Assembly (NCBI GenBank): GCA_013166775.1 | Contig: JABLTJ010000001.1 | Location: 192,001 to 256,000, forward strand | DNA from: Promethearchaeati archaeon | Lineage (GTDB): Archaea; Asgardarchaeota; Heimdallarchaeia; Heimdallarchaeales; Heimdallarchaeaceae | Length of the DNA stretch: 64,000 bases | Direction: 5' to 3' | Shown here: one piece after another, positions 8,721-18,566 of the stretch | Numbering within the stretch: the first letter of the stretch is position 1 | Layout of the letters: every line of letters begins with the position of its first letter | Program-made: the position numbers and the translations under genes | The notes under the pieces: generated by a model | What the model saw: the letters and a program-made list of their open reading frames with translations, nothing else | Told to the model about the DNA's origin: nothing | The model's database searches: none

Positions 8721-9893
8721 ATGGAGGAAATTGATGTTGCAATAGTTGGCGGTGGTCCATCTGGATTGCAGGCTGCAATTTCCTTAGCTAGAAAAGGTCA
8801 TTCTCCTATAGTATTTGAGGAACATCCAATTATTGGGCAACCAATTCAATGCGGTGAAGGAATAAGCTTAAACGCTCTCGAGGAATTCGATTTAGTTAAA
8901 AAGAGCAAATCCTTTGTTGTGAGAGAGTATGAAAATTGTAAAATTTATTTTCCTTCTAATGATGTTATAATGGGGGATATCCATTCTTATACAATAAATA
9001 GGGATATTTTTGATCAACATTTAGCAAAAGAAGCACAAAGAGCGGGTGCGGAGGTAAAACTTTCTTCAAAAATAAATGGTGCATATAAAAAAAACGAGAG
9101 TATAATCATAAAAACTACGAGTGAAAAAAAACAAGAATACAAATGTGAAATGTTGATTCTTGCAGAAGGACCACAAGGTCGTCTTGCAAGTAATTTGGGT
9201 TTTTCTCCACCTTCTCCTTTGATAAGTGCATTCGAGTATAGGGTAGAAGGTGAATGGGGAGATACACTTGAATTTTATTTTGACAAAGAAAAATACCCTT
9301 TTGGATACTGTTGGATTTTTCCAAAGAAGGGTGAAACTAACGTAGGTATTGTAACAACCGCAAAAGAACGAAAAACAAGGTTAGATAGATTTCTTGAAGA
9401 GAAGAAAATAACTGGAAAAAAAATCAAAATGGTGGGAGGTCAAATCCCAATGAACGGTCCATCTAACAAACTATATGACAAACAGATAATGCTTGTTGGT
9501 GATGCAGCAGGTATGGTAAATCCTATTTTCTATGGAGGAATACGATTGGCGATGCTAAGTGGGAAAATAGCTGGTGAAGTTGCTGCTACTAATCTTGAAA
9601 GAAAAGAAAATGAGTTTTCTTATTCCTGTAAAGAATATGAATCAAAGTTGAAGAAATATGAATTTATGAAAAAAGTAAATCTCAAGTGCCACAATTCTTT
9701 CTATGGTTTTTCTAACAAATCACTTAGTAAAATCGGAACTATATTTAATAATAAATACATTAATCGAATAGAAAAATTGGAAAAACTGGAAATCTTTTGG
9801 AAGATTCTTAAGAATCCTTCCATTTCCAGAAAAATTAAAGACTTATATTACATGTACAGAGGGTTTAAAATTGCAAGAGATTGGGGTTTCTAA
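8721..9893 (+). CDS. geranylgeranyl reductase family flavoprotein
   Basis: GGGPSG Rossmann motif, PIQCGEG, PFGYCWIFPK and LVGDAAG..NP. Confidence 0.85.
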   Translation: MEEIDVAIVGGGPSGLQAAISLARKGHSPIVFEEHPIIGQPIQCGEGISLNALEEFDLVKKSKSFVVREYENCKIYFPSNDVIMGDIHSYTINRDIFDQHLAKEAQRAGAEVKLSSKINGAYKKNESIIIKTTSEKKQEYKCEMLILAEGPQGRLASNLGFSPPSPLISAFEYRVEGEWGDTLEFYFDKEKYPFGYCWIFPKKGETNVGIVTTAKERKTRLDRFLEEKKITGKKIKMVGGQIPMNGPSNKLYDKQIMLVGDAAGMVNPIFYGGIRLAMLSGKIAGEVAATNLERKENEFSYSCKEYESKLKKYEFMKKVNLKCHNSFYGFSNKSLSKIGTIFNNKYINRIEKLEKLEIFWKILKNPSISRKIKDLYYMYRGFKIARDWGF

Positions 9894-9947
9894 ATATCTA
9901 CAACCATAATAGTTAAATGTATATTAATTGAAAGAGGCTTGACTGAA

Positions 9948-10139
9948 ATGATTATTCCAGTAAGATGTTTTACTTGTGGATTCCTAATTGCTGATAAATG
10001 GGATGAGTACAAAAAGAGAATTGATGAAGGCGAAGACTCCGATAGAATCTTAGATGATTTAAACGTGAAAAGATGGTGCTGTCGTAGAATGCTAATTTCT
10101 CATGTAGATCTAATTGAAGAATTTCTACCATTTACTTAA
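9948..10139 (+). CDS. rpo10: RNA polymerase subunit N (Rpo10)
   Basis: [11 protein letters not shown]...[11 protein letters not shown]. Confidence 0.97.
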   Translation: MIIPVRCFTCGFLIADKWDEYKKRIDEGEDSDRILDDLNVKRWCCRRMLISHVDLIEEFLPFT

Positions 10140-10255
10140 TTTTGCAGAAGAATCTAACTGAATGAACAGAAAGTTTTTAATCAAACCTTATGAGGTCTTA
10201 TTGCTCAAATATAGAGAGAATAACGTGTATAATTATAAAATATTGAGGATTTGAA

Positions 10256-10891
10256 ATGTCAGAAGAAACAGGAGAAAAAGCAGAAGAAGAAATGCTCCTG
10301 ATTCCAAGAGACACATATCTTGTCTCTGGAATTCATATAGGAACCAGTGTATGTACAAAATTCATGGAACCCTTCAAATACAGAGTTAGAAATGATGGAA
10401 TTTACGTCCTAGATGTGAATGCAACAGATGAGCGTATTCGTATTTCAGCTAAATTCATAAGTCGTTTCGAGGCATCAAGAGTTGCAGTTTTTGCCACAAG
10501 GCAATATGCATCTGTACCAAGTACAAAAATGGCAAGACTCTGTGGTTTCAAAGCAGTTCCAGGAAGATTTATCCCCGGAACATTAACAAATCCATCATAT
10601 GATGGTTATATTGAGCCGGAAATCGTTATTCTAACTGATCCAAGAGCAGATAAGCAAGCTTTAACTGAAGCTGCCTCTCGAGGAATTCCTATTGTTGCTT
10701 TATGTGATACTGATAATGCAACAAGCTATGTTGATTTAGTATTACCTGTTAACAACAAAGGAAGAAAATCACTAGCACAAGTATATTATCTTTTAACAAG
10801 AGAAATCCTGAGAGCAAGAGGAGAACTTGGAGAAACTGAAGAATTATCCGTCACAGTTGAAGATTTTGCATTCAAATTAATAAGAGAGTAA
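10256..10891 (+). CDS. rps2: 30S ribosomal protein uS2
   Basis: GIHIGT, GRFIPGTLTNP and PVNNKGRKSLA motifs. Confidence 0.97.
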   Translation: MSEETGEKAEEEMLLIPRDTYLVSGIHIGTSVCTKFMEPFKYRVRNDGIYVLDVNATDERIRISAKFISRFEASRVAVFATRQYASVPSTKMARLCGFKAVPGRFIPGTLTNPSYDGYIEPEIVILTDPRADKQALTEAASRGIPIVALCDTDNATSYVDLVLPVNNKGRKSLAQVYYLLTREILRARGELGETEELSVTVEDFAFKLIRE

Positions 10892-10946
10892 CTTTTTCTC
10901 TCCCTCTTTTGAAAAACATTTTATTTGATAACTTTCTATCTCAGAT

Positions 10947-11909
10947 ATGGATATTGAAAAAGTAACCTTCTCAGCTCCAGGAAAGGTTATTCTTTTTGGA
11001 GAACACTCTGTGGTTTACGGATATCCTGCTATAGCATCTGCCATAGGATTACGTGCAAAGTGTTCAATAAATTCAACATCACTAGAAAAGAACTCAATTT
11101 CAATACCTAACATAATACCTGCTAGGAAATTCATATTAGGAAACGAAATTCCTGGTGTTTTAAAATCACTTGAGTTTATTGTACATCATATTCTCAAGAA
11201 GACAAAAAACCAAAAAAAACTTGAAATGGAAATTCTTTCAGATTTACCAGTGTCAGCTGGATTGGGATCAAGCGCAGCTGTATCTGTATCAGTTGCTGCA
11301 AGCCTTTTTTCCATTTTAGGTATTGAACATAATTTGGAGAATGTAAATGAAGTTGCATTTGACGCTGAAAAGATTATTCATGGAACTCCCTCAGGGATAG
11401 ATAATACGATTTCCACTTTTGGAGGAAGTATTATTTTTGAAGAGAGCAACATCAAACAAATACCAATTAATCTTCCATTATCTCACTTTATAATAGTCAA
11501 TAGCTTGGTTCCAAGGAATACTAAGGATTTAGTATATTCTCTGAGAGATAGATATAACAAAGATACAAAGAAATACTCACAGCTTTTTGAGAAAATAGGG
11601 GAGATTGTTGAAGAGAGTCAGAAGAATCTTAAGCTTGGAGATTTGGAAAGAATAGGTGATTTAATGAATAGGAATCATATCTTACTCGACGAGCTAGGGG
11701 TGGGGAACAAGCATATAAAGAAGATAGTAAGTATATTGAATAATCAAAAAGCATTTGGTTGTAAGCTAACAGGAGCAGGGGGAGGCGGGTGCGTAATTGG
11801 GTTATTCGAAGATAGAGAAAACATCAATAATGTAATTGAATTACTTCATCAAGAAGGATATAATGCTTTCATTACAGATATTTCCACACAAGGGGTTAGA
11901 CATGAATAG
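10947..11909 (+). CDS. mvk: mevalonate kinase
   Basis: SAPGKVILFGEHSVVYG, PVSAGLGSSAA, HGTPSGID and KLTGAGGGG GHMP motifs. Confidence 0.95.
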   Translation: MDIEKVTFSAPGKVILFGEHSVVYGYPAIASAIGLRAKCSINSTSLEKNSISIPNIIPARKFILGNEIPGVLKSLEFIVHHILKKTKNQKKLEMEILSDLPVSAGLGSSAAVSVSVAASLFSILGIEHNLENVNEVAFDAEKIIHGTPSGIDNTISTFGGSIIFEESNIKQIPINLPLSHFIIVNSLVPRNTKDLVYSLRDRYNKDTKKYSQLFEKIGEIVEESQKNLKLGDLERIGDLMNRNHILLDELGVGNKHIKKIVSILNNQKAFGCKLTGAGGGGCVIGLFEDRENINNVIELLHQEGYNAFITDISTQGVRHE

Positions 11910-12717
11910 AGAAAGAATCGACATAATAAAACTAGGTGGTTCTGTAATCACTGATAAAACAAGTTATAAAAAACTGAAAAAAAACACACTGCAAGATTTA
12001 ATTAGAATAATAAGCATATGGGATAAGAAATGCATTGTTGTGCATGGTGCTGGTTCTTTTGGGCATATTTTAGCAGAAAAATATTCTATAGTCTCAGGAT
12101 ATCAAAATAAAGAACAGTTAGCGGGATTAGCACAAATAAGATATGATCTGAATGATTTAAAGCAGAAGATACTTGAGGTTTTTAATGAAAAGGGAATAAA
12201 TGTTCTTGATTTTCAAACAAGTGCTTTGGCTTACCAGAAAGCAGGAAGTGCTGATAAGGAAATTTTCATAGCGCCTGTTTTGAAAGCCTTGGAAATTGGT
12301 TTGTTACCATTATTGTCTGGAGATATACTCTTCACCGATGACGAATCATTCACAATCTATAGTGGTGATTCACTTATTGATCTTCTAGCCCAAAATTTCG
12401 ACGTGAGTCGTGTCATCTTTTTAACAGATGTTAATGGTTTAATGGTTACTGATTCTACTTCCAACATAGTTAAACTGCTGGAAAATGCAAGTTTTGAGGA
12501 ATTCAATAGAATTGAACCTGCTGATTATTCTTCTGAAGGAAAGGCTGACGTTACAGGTGGTATGCTTGGAAAGATTGACACTATTAAAGCAATTCTCAAT
12601 AATGTGGATGAAATCATTATCGTTAATGGAAATTATCCTGAGAGAATTCAAAAAATACTTGATCGTGATAGAACAATTTGTACTGTAATCACAGGAAGAA
12701 AATCTACAAAAAGATAA
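11902..12717 (+). CDS. ipk: isopentenyl phosphate kinase
   Basis: IKLGGSVITDK, HGAGSFGH, SGD and DVTGGM motifs; ATG overlaps the end of mvk. Confidence 0.92.
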   Translation: MNRERIDIIKLGGSVITDKTSYKKLKKNTLQDLIRIISIWDKKCIVVHGAGSFGHILAEKYSIVSGYQNKEQLAGLAQIRYDLNDLKQKILEVFNEKGINVLDFQTSALAYQKAGSADKEIFIAPVLKALEIGLLPLLSGDILFTDDESFTIYSGDSLIDLLAQNFDVSRVIFLTDVNGLMVTDSTSNIVKLLENASFEEFNRIEPADYSSEGKADVTGGMLGKIDTIKAILNNVDEIIIVNGNYPERIQKILDRDRTICTVITGRKSTKR

Positions 12718-12747
12718 GTCTTTTAAACTCAATATAAATTCTGTTTA

Positions 12748-12782
12748 TACCTAATGAAGGCACTTTCTTGGTGTCCGAGGTG
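12748..12782 (+). promoter_or_regulatory. kink-turn in rpl7ae 5' UTR covering the SD (putative L7Ae autoregulation)
   Basis: UACC-UAAU-GA-AGGCAC-loop-GUGUCC-GA-GGUG gives tandem G.A pairs next to a bulge; the 3' strand is the SD GAGGUGA. Confidence 0.65.
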
Positions 12783-12789
12783 AAATAAA

Positions 12790-13149
12790 ATGTATAAGAA
12801 GTTTGATATTCCTGAAGAAATTATTAAGGAGTCTTTGAATATTTTAGAGACTGCATCAAAAACTGGACAAATTAGAAAAGGAACAAATGAAGTTACCAAA
12901 GCTATTGAACGTGGTACTGCAAAATTAGTTTACATTGCAGAAGATGTAACTCCACCTGAGATTGTTATGCATCTCCCATTGCTGTGTGAAGAACACAAGA
13001 TTTCTTTCACATTCGTAGCAACAAAGGATGATTTGGGAAAAGCTGCTAGTCTTAAGGTTGGCTCCGCTTCAGTTGCTATAGTTAATGCTGGTGAAGCAAA
13101 AAACGCTTTGAAAGGATTAAATAGTAAATTGGACGAATTCAGAAAGTAG
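12790..13149 (+). CDS. rpl7ae: 50S ribosomal protein L7Ae (eL8)
   Basis: IRKGTNEVTKAIERG and IAEDVTPPEIVMHLPLLCEE. Confidence 0.97.
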   Translation: MYKKFDIPEEIIKESLNILETASKTGQIRKGTNEVTKAIERGTAKLVYIAEDVTPPEIVMHLPLLCEEHKISFTFVATKDDLGKAASLKVGSASVAIVNAGEAKNALKGLNSKLDEFRK

Positions 13150-13163
13150 ATTAGGTGAATTTA

Positions 13164-13391
13164 ATGAGCTCAAAATCTAGAGGCGATGACGAAGCTATTC
13201 CTGCAGAAATTATTCAGGTTCTTGATAGGACAGGAAGTGTAGGAGAAGTAACACAAGCAAGAGTAAAAGTGTTAGAAGGACGAGACAAGAATCGTATCCT
13301 CACTCGAAACCTGAAAGGCCCCATCAGAAAAGGGGACATTATAATGCTTAGGGAAACAGAGAGAGAAGCAAAGAAGATACGAAGAAGGTAA
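13164..13391 (+). CDS. rps28e: 30S ribosomal protein eS28
   Basis: [22 protein letters not shown] and LRETEREA; SD AGGTGA upstream of ATG 13164. Confidence 0.96.
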   Translation: MSSKSRGDDEAIPAEIIQVLDRTGSVGEVTQARVKVLEGRDKNRILTRNLKGPIRKGDIIMLRETEREAKKIRRR

Positions 13392-13401
13392 GTGATAAAC
13401 A

Positions 13402-13593
13402 ATGTCAAGAAGATCAAGAAAATGCTCATTCTGCGGAAAGGAAATTGAAACTGGAAGAGGCATGCTATTTGTTCAAAGAGCAGGTTCTGTTCTATATTTT
13501 TGCTCCAATAAATGCAAAAAATCTCAAATTAAGCATAAAAGAGATCCAAAGAAATTAAAATGGACAGAAAGGTACGAAAGAAAAATCATGTAA
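13402..13593 (+). CDS. rpl24e: 50S ribosomal protein eL24
   Basis: CSFCG..I..GRG, FCSNKC and KLKWT. Confidence 0.96.
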   Translation: MSRRSRKCSFCGKEIETGRGMLFVQRAGSVLYFCSNKCKKSQIKHKRDPKKLKWTERYERKIM

Positions 13594-13713
13594 ATATCTT
13601 CTTTACCTACTTCTTTTCATTTATTCTCAAAGAAAATTTTTCATTTTTATTGTTCAAAACAATTAATTTTTAATCTCCTTCAAAAAAGTTCCTTAATTAT
13701 AAGGTGAATAAGA

Positions 13714-14163
13714 TTGGAAAAAGAATTTATCATGATTAAGCCCGATGGAGTACAAAGAGGATTAGTTGGAGAAGTAATTAGAAGAATAGAGAAAGTAGGC
13801 TTCAAAATTATTGCAATGAAATTACATAAAGTTACAATGGAACAAGCTGAAAAACATTATGCAATACACAAAGGAAAACCATTCTATGAAGGACTGCTAG
13901 AATATATCACAAGCGGACCTGTGGTTTCAATGATAGTTGAAGGAAAGGAAGCAGTCAAAATAACTAGAAAAATTGTTGGTGCAACTAATCCAGTTGACGC
14001 AGAGCCGGGGTCAATTCGAGGAGATTATTCATTGGAAATTGGTAGAAATATAATTCATGCTGCTGATTCACCTGAAAATGCTATTATTGAATACAAGATT
14101 TACTTTGCTGAAGAAGAATTTGAAGTTTATCAAAAAAGCGATGAAGTTTGGATATATGAGTGA
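13714..14163 (+). CDS. ndk: nucleoside diphosphate kinase
   Basis: MIKPDGVQRGL, GATNP, PGSIRGD and NIIHAADS; TTG start. Confidence 0.96.
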   Translation: MEKEFIMIKPDGVQRGLVGEVIRRIEKVGFKIIAMKLHKVTMEQAEKHYAIHKGKPFYEGLLEYITSGPVVSMIVEGKEAVKITRKIVGATNPVDAEPGSIRGDYSLEIGRNIIHAADSPENAIIEYKIYFAEEEFEVYQKSDEVWIYE

Positions 14164-14232
14164 ATTATAGAACATTATTGTTCTCTTCGTCTTTTGTTTT
14201 AAAAAAAAATAAATTGTGATTTTCACAATTCA

Positions 14233-16464
14233 TCACTTTTTAATAAGAAATTTGAGCTTTCCTTTCTTGTTAAGATAGAAAAATGCTCCAGTACCACCTC
14301 CAAGTACTATCACTGGTATTGTGAGACCAAGAGCTAACGCTGTAGCAGGAAATTTAGGATAACTACTTGAATTGAGCGGATCTGTTCCTTTCTTTATTTC
14401 TTTGCCATCTGAATAACCGTCTCCATCAGTGTCTTCATTAAATGGATCAGTTCCGTATGTAAATTCCTCAAGATTAGTTAAATCATCTTTATCAGGGTCC
14501 TCAGCTGAATCATTCACTAAAGCATCAGTCCCATAAAAAACTTCCCAGAAATCATTCATACCATCGTCATCGCTATCATTGTCGAGTGGATCTGTTCCAT
14601 GAATATTTACCTCATCACCATCAATTAGATTATCGTCATCGCTGTCATCATCAAGTGGGTCAGTTCCATAATCAATGATCTCTTCTCCATCTAGGAGCTT
14701 ATCGTCATCAGTGTCATTATAGAAAGGATCTGTTCCATAATCAAATATTTCCTCGAGGTCATCTATTCTGTCTTTATCTGTATCACTTGATGGATAGTGA
14801 TCAAAAATAGGATCCCCTTCGCTGTAGATATAATAACTTCCAACGCCATTCCAGTCATCCCAGTAATTCCCTTCAAGCAAAAAAGCATCATACCATGTGT
14901 TTTCTGTTCCCTCATCCCTGGCTTGTGAAGAAAGCGTGATGCTATTGTTAAAGAATATGTTGTGGTCTATTTTATTGTACTCTGATAAATAATCTAAAGT
15001 TATTGCATAATTTAGATCATCTATTATTTTTGCATTATTTAGGAAAATATTATACCTTATTGTGCTATTATCTGCATCTTCAAAGTATATTCCAATTTCC
15101 AGATTATCATAGAATTTATTATAGTTTATTGTACAATTAGATAAATCAGAAGCATCTATTCCTATGGAATTATTAAAAAAGACATTGTTTGATATTATTG
15201 CATTATCACTTTCATCAATTACCAGAGCAGTTTCACTGTTATCTTCAAAACTATTATTCATTACTTGTATACAATGCTGTGTATAAAGTTCTATTCCCCA
15301 TCTATTGTTTCTGAAGGTGTTTCCAGTTATATTTGCTTCTAATACATAATTCATTTCACTTGACGACGCTGAAATTCCTGTATTCTCATTATTCTGAAAT
15401 ATATTATCTGCTATTTCTATGTAAAAAGTATCTTCTAATTCCAAACCTCTAACATTGTTATAGAATCCATTATCATGTATAAATGTATAATTCGATTTCT
15501 GAATATCTATCCCTTCTTCATTTTGTGCAAGATAGCAATTTTGAATTTCCGCACTATTCGATCCAACTATTTTCATTGCGTAATTCACTTGCTCAATATT
15601 CTGGTTAGTTATCTTGATATCTGAACAATCGAAAATGAATAATTGACCATATATACTTTGATCTATGATAATTGAATTTTGACCTTTGAAAAAACCATGA
15701 AGCTTATCATTAACATAATTATTCTCGAAGTTATATAAAAGATAATCATCTATTGAATACTCTTCTATATACATTCCACCATTATAGATTCTATTGTTGG
15801 TTATTTCAGAATTAAGTGCTGATCTTAATCCTATACAATCATCTTGTTTTGTTCCATATATTTTATTATTATCAATTTTACAATTGTTGGAATTAAAAAT
15901 GAAAACTGGTCTATTAGAAGTGCATTCTCTAATTTCATTGTTTGATATAGTTGTGTTATGTGCTTCTCTTGTATATATAGCTTCATTATTTTTCTGCATA
16001 GTATTATTATCTATTATACAACCTTCTATCCACATAAGCTGGATCGCTCTGTTTCCATTGTTTACAATGGTATTGTTCACAATTTTAGCAGTAAAAGGAC
16101 CAACATAAGAGAAGTAGATACCATCATTATCAGCATCAACATAACAATTTCTTAGTATGAAATGTTCATTTGTTTGTCTAATGGAGATTCCTCTAGAATC
16201 TGTTGTCGTGACATTATAATTCTCAATGATATAAGGATTGATTTCCGACCCATTTCCAGAAGTTGCATAAGTTGTGAAATCACTATCCGAATTAATAGTT
16301 ATGTTATCTATAGAGACTAAAGATTTGATTTGAATAGGTATATGGTAATTCCCTGTTTCTGCTATTATGTCTGTTTTTTCTGAATAAATATTCAATTGTA
16401 GTATAATCAAAAAACAAATTATGAACCCTATATGCATTTTTTTTATTTTTATTCTTTTATTCAT
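14233..16464 (-). CDS. cell-surface protein: signal peptide, parallel beta-helix (NosD/CASH-like) repeats, Ca-binding Asp-rich repeats, C-terminal TM anchor
   Basis: Asn-rich IxNNxFxNN repeats, GNYWDDW motif, DxDxD/GTDP repeats, hydrophobic C-terminus with basic tail. Confidence 0.8.
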   Translation of the reverse strand: MNKRIKIKKMHIGFIICFLIILQLNIYSEKTDIIAETGNYHIPIQIKSLVSIDNITINSDSDFTTYATSGNGSEINPYIIENYNVTTTDSRGISIRQTNEHFILRNCYVDADNDGIYFSYVGPFTAKIVNNTIVNNGNRAIQLMWIEGCIIDNNTMQKNNEAIYTREAHNTTISNNEIRECTSNRPVFIFNSNNCKIDNNKIYGTKQDDCIGLRSALNSEITNNRIYNGGMYIEEYSIDDYLLYNFENNYVNDKLHGFFKGQNSIIIDQSIYGQLFIFDCSDIKITNQNIEQVNYAMKIVGSNSAEIQNCYLAQNEEGIDIQKSNYTFIHDNGFYNNVRGLELEDTFYIEIADNIFQNNENTGISASSSEMNYVLEANITGNTFRNNRWGIELYTQHCIQVMNNSFEDNSETALVIDESDNAIISNNVFFNNSIGIDASDLSNCTINYNKFYDNLEIGIYFEDADNSTIRYNIFLNNAKIIDDLNYAITLDYLSEYNKIDHNIFFNNSITLSSQARDEGTENTWYDAFLLEGNYWDDWNGVGSYYIYSEGDPIFDHYPSSDTDKDRIDDLEEIFDYGTDPFYNDTDDDKLLDGEEIIDYGTDPLDDDSDDDNLIDGDEVNIHGTDPLDNDSDDDGMNDFWEVFYGTDALVNDSAEDPDKDDLTNLEEFTYGTDPFNEDTDGDGYSDGKEIKKGTDPLNSSSYPKFPATALALGLTIPVIVLGGGTGAFFYLNKKGKLKFLIKK
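14371..14784 (-). repeat. about 6 intragenic bacterial TSP3-like Ca-binding repeats (DxDxDxxxDxxE...GTDP)
   Basis: Roughly 23-aa period; GTDP or GTDA recurs six times in the translation. Confidence 0.8.
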
Positions 16465-16641
16465 TTGAAACTCTCTATAAAATTGAAAGTGTTAAATATA
16501 TTAAGAATTGTTCTCTAATTTTTTGAAGTATTCATTAAAGTATGTGATTTTATGTTCAACCAATTTGTTTTTATTTAAATTGTTAAGAAGTTGGATTATA
16601 TTATATCTGGATTACTCTAAAAACAAAATGCAGTGATTAGA

Positions 16642-18450
16642 ATGTCTAAAATAATTGATGAAAAGGAAGGAAAAAGAATCAGAAGTCCAATAGGAGTAAT
16701 CCTAGGACATGTGGATTCTGGAAAAACAAGTTTACTTGATAAGGTAAGAGGTACAGCGGTTCAAGCGAGAGAAGCAGCTGGTATTACTCAACATGTTGGG
16801 GCATCGTTTTTCCCTTCTGAAACAATTCTAAATGTTTGTGGAGCATTGATGGAAGCAACTAAAGTACAATTGAATATTCCGGGAATATTGATTGTAGATA
16901 CACCAGGGCACGCAGCTTTTATGAATTTAAGAAAAAGAGGAGCTTCAGTTGCAGATATAGCTATACTGGTTGTAGATGTTACTCGCGGTTTCCAAGCTCA
17001 AACCTATGAATCTTTAGATATTTTAAGAGCTAGAAAAACACCATTCATAATTGCAGCAAATAAAATTGACAGAATCTCTGCATGGAAATCAATTCCAAAT
17101 GCAACATTTCAGGAAACCTATAGTAAACAGAATGAAAAAGCAAGTGCAGACATGGATAACAGAATATATGAGATCATGGGAGAACTATCTGAGCTAAGAA
17201 TGGAGGGAGAAAGATATGATAGAGTAAAGGATTTTAGAAAATCAATTGCTATTGTACCAACTAGCGCACAAACTGGTGAAGGCATACCTGATTTGTTTTT
17301 AGTTCTTTCCGGTTTAACTCAACAATTTATGATGGATAAGTTGGAATACAGTGAAGGACCGGGAATAGGTACTGTTCTTGAGGTGAAGGAAGAGGAAGGT
17401 TTGGGAACAACTATAGACGTTATTCTATACGAGGGAGTAATGAAGAAAAATGATAAAATAGTGGTTGGAGGAAGGGAAAAACCAGCTCTTCTCAAAATTA
17501 GAGCTCTTCTAGAGCCAAAGGATCTCGATGAAATGAGAGATCCAAGAGATAAATTCAAAGGTGTTGATTCAGTTTTTGCATCAGCTGGTGTAAAAATATC
17601 TGCTCCTGGTTTAGAGGATGCACTAGCTGGTGCTCCTATACGAGTTGCTCCACCTGGAGAAGAAGATGATGTTTATAAGGCTGTTGAGAGCGAGCTTGAG
17701 AGTTTCAGAATCGAAACAAAAACAAATGGATTAATTCTTAAAGTGGATACTCTTGGAAGTCTTGAAGCAATTGTTGATATGATAAAAGAAAAAAACATCC
17801 CAATCCAGAAAGCTGATGTTGGAGAAGTTAACAAGAAAGATGTTATTGATGCTGCAATAGTAGCAGATAAAACACCAGAATATGCAGCAATTTTATGCTT
17901 CAATGTGAATGTTCATTCTGATGCTCAAGAAGAAATCGAAGTGAACGATATCAAAGTTTTCAGTAATAATGTTATTTACAATCTAATAGATGATTTTGAG
18001 AGATGGATGATAGACACTAGAGAAGCAATAAAAACTGATTCACTGAAAGATTTACAGATGCCAGCAAAGATTGAATTACTTCCTGATCATACTTTTCGAT
18101 CAAGTAAACCTGCAATTGTTGGTGTTGAAGTGTTAGGAGGGAAAATTCACCCTCAACAAATGTTGATAAGACAAGATAACAAGAGAGTGGGAAGAATACG
18201 TCAAATTCAAGAGAGACAAGAATCAGTTCAAGAAGCTACTAAAGGTAAACAAGTTGCAATATCAATCAGGGGTCCAACAGTTGGTAGACAAATAAAAGAA
18301 GGAGATGTTCTCTATGTTGATATTCCTGAAAGGCATGCAGTTTTACTGATGAAGAAATATAGAGATATGATAACTAATGATGATGCAAAGATTTTGGAAG
18401 AACTTGCAGTAATTAAAAGAGAAAACGTCAGTAAGTATTGGGGATGGTAA
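16642..18450 (+). CDS. infB: translation initiation factor aIF5B (IF-2)
   Basis: GHVDSGKT, GITQHVGA, DTPGH and NKID GTPase motifs; archaeal domain layout. Confidence 0.96.
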   Translation: MSKIIDEKEGKRIRSPIGVILGHVDSGKTSLLDKVRGTAVQAREAAGITQHVGASFFPSETILNVCGALMEATKVQLNIPGILIVDTPGHAAFMNLRKRGASVADIAILVVDVTRGFQAQTYESLDILRARKTPFIIAANKIDRISAWKSIPNATFQETYSKQNEKASADMDNRIYEIMGELSELRMEGERYDRVKDFRKSIAIVPTSAQTGEGIPDLFLVLSGLTQQFMMDKLEYSEGPGIGTVLEVKEEEGLGTTIDVILYEGVMKKNDKIVVGGREKPALLKIRALLEPKDLDEMRDPRDKFKGVDSVFASAGVKISAPGLEDALAGAPIRVAPPGEEDDVYKAVESELESFRIETKTNGLILKVDTLGSLEAIVDMIKEKNIPIQKADVGEVNKKDVIDAAIVADKTPEYAAILCFNVNVHSDAQEEIEVNDIKVFSNNVIYNLIDDFERWMIDTREAIKTDSLKDLQMPAKIELLPDHTFRSSKPAIVGVEVLGGKIHPQQMLIRQDNKRVGRIRQIQERQESVQEATKGKQVAISIRGPTVGRQIKEGDVLYVDIPERHAVLLMKKYRDMITNDDAKILEELAVIKRENVSKYWGW

Positions 18451-18566
18451 TCCGTCTAAAGCGCGGTAAGTTTAAATATTCTTTTACATTCTTTTTATTA
18501 ACTGAGTACTAGTTTTTCAACCTTTACTCAGTTAGTTCCTGAGGTCCACTTGGGAAGGGATTATTT

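Noticed and set aside
14371-14784. Periodic DNA repeats as a possible CRISPR array or VNTR
   Set aside because: They are degenerate in-frame coding repeats of the TSP3-like region.
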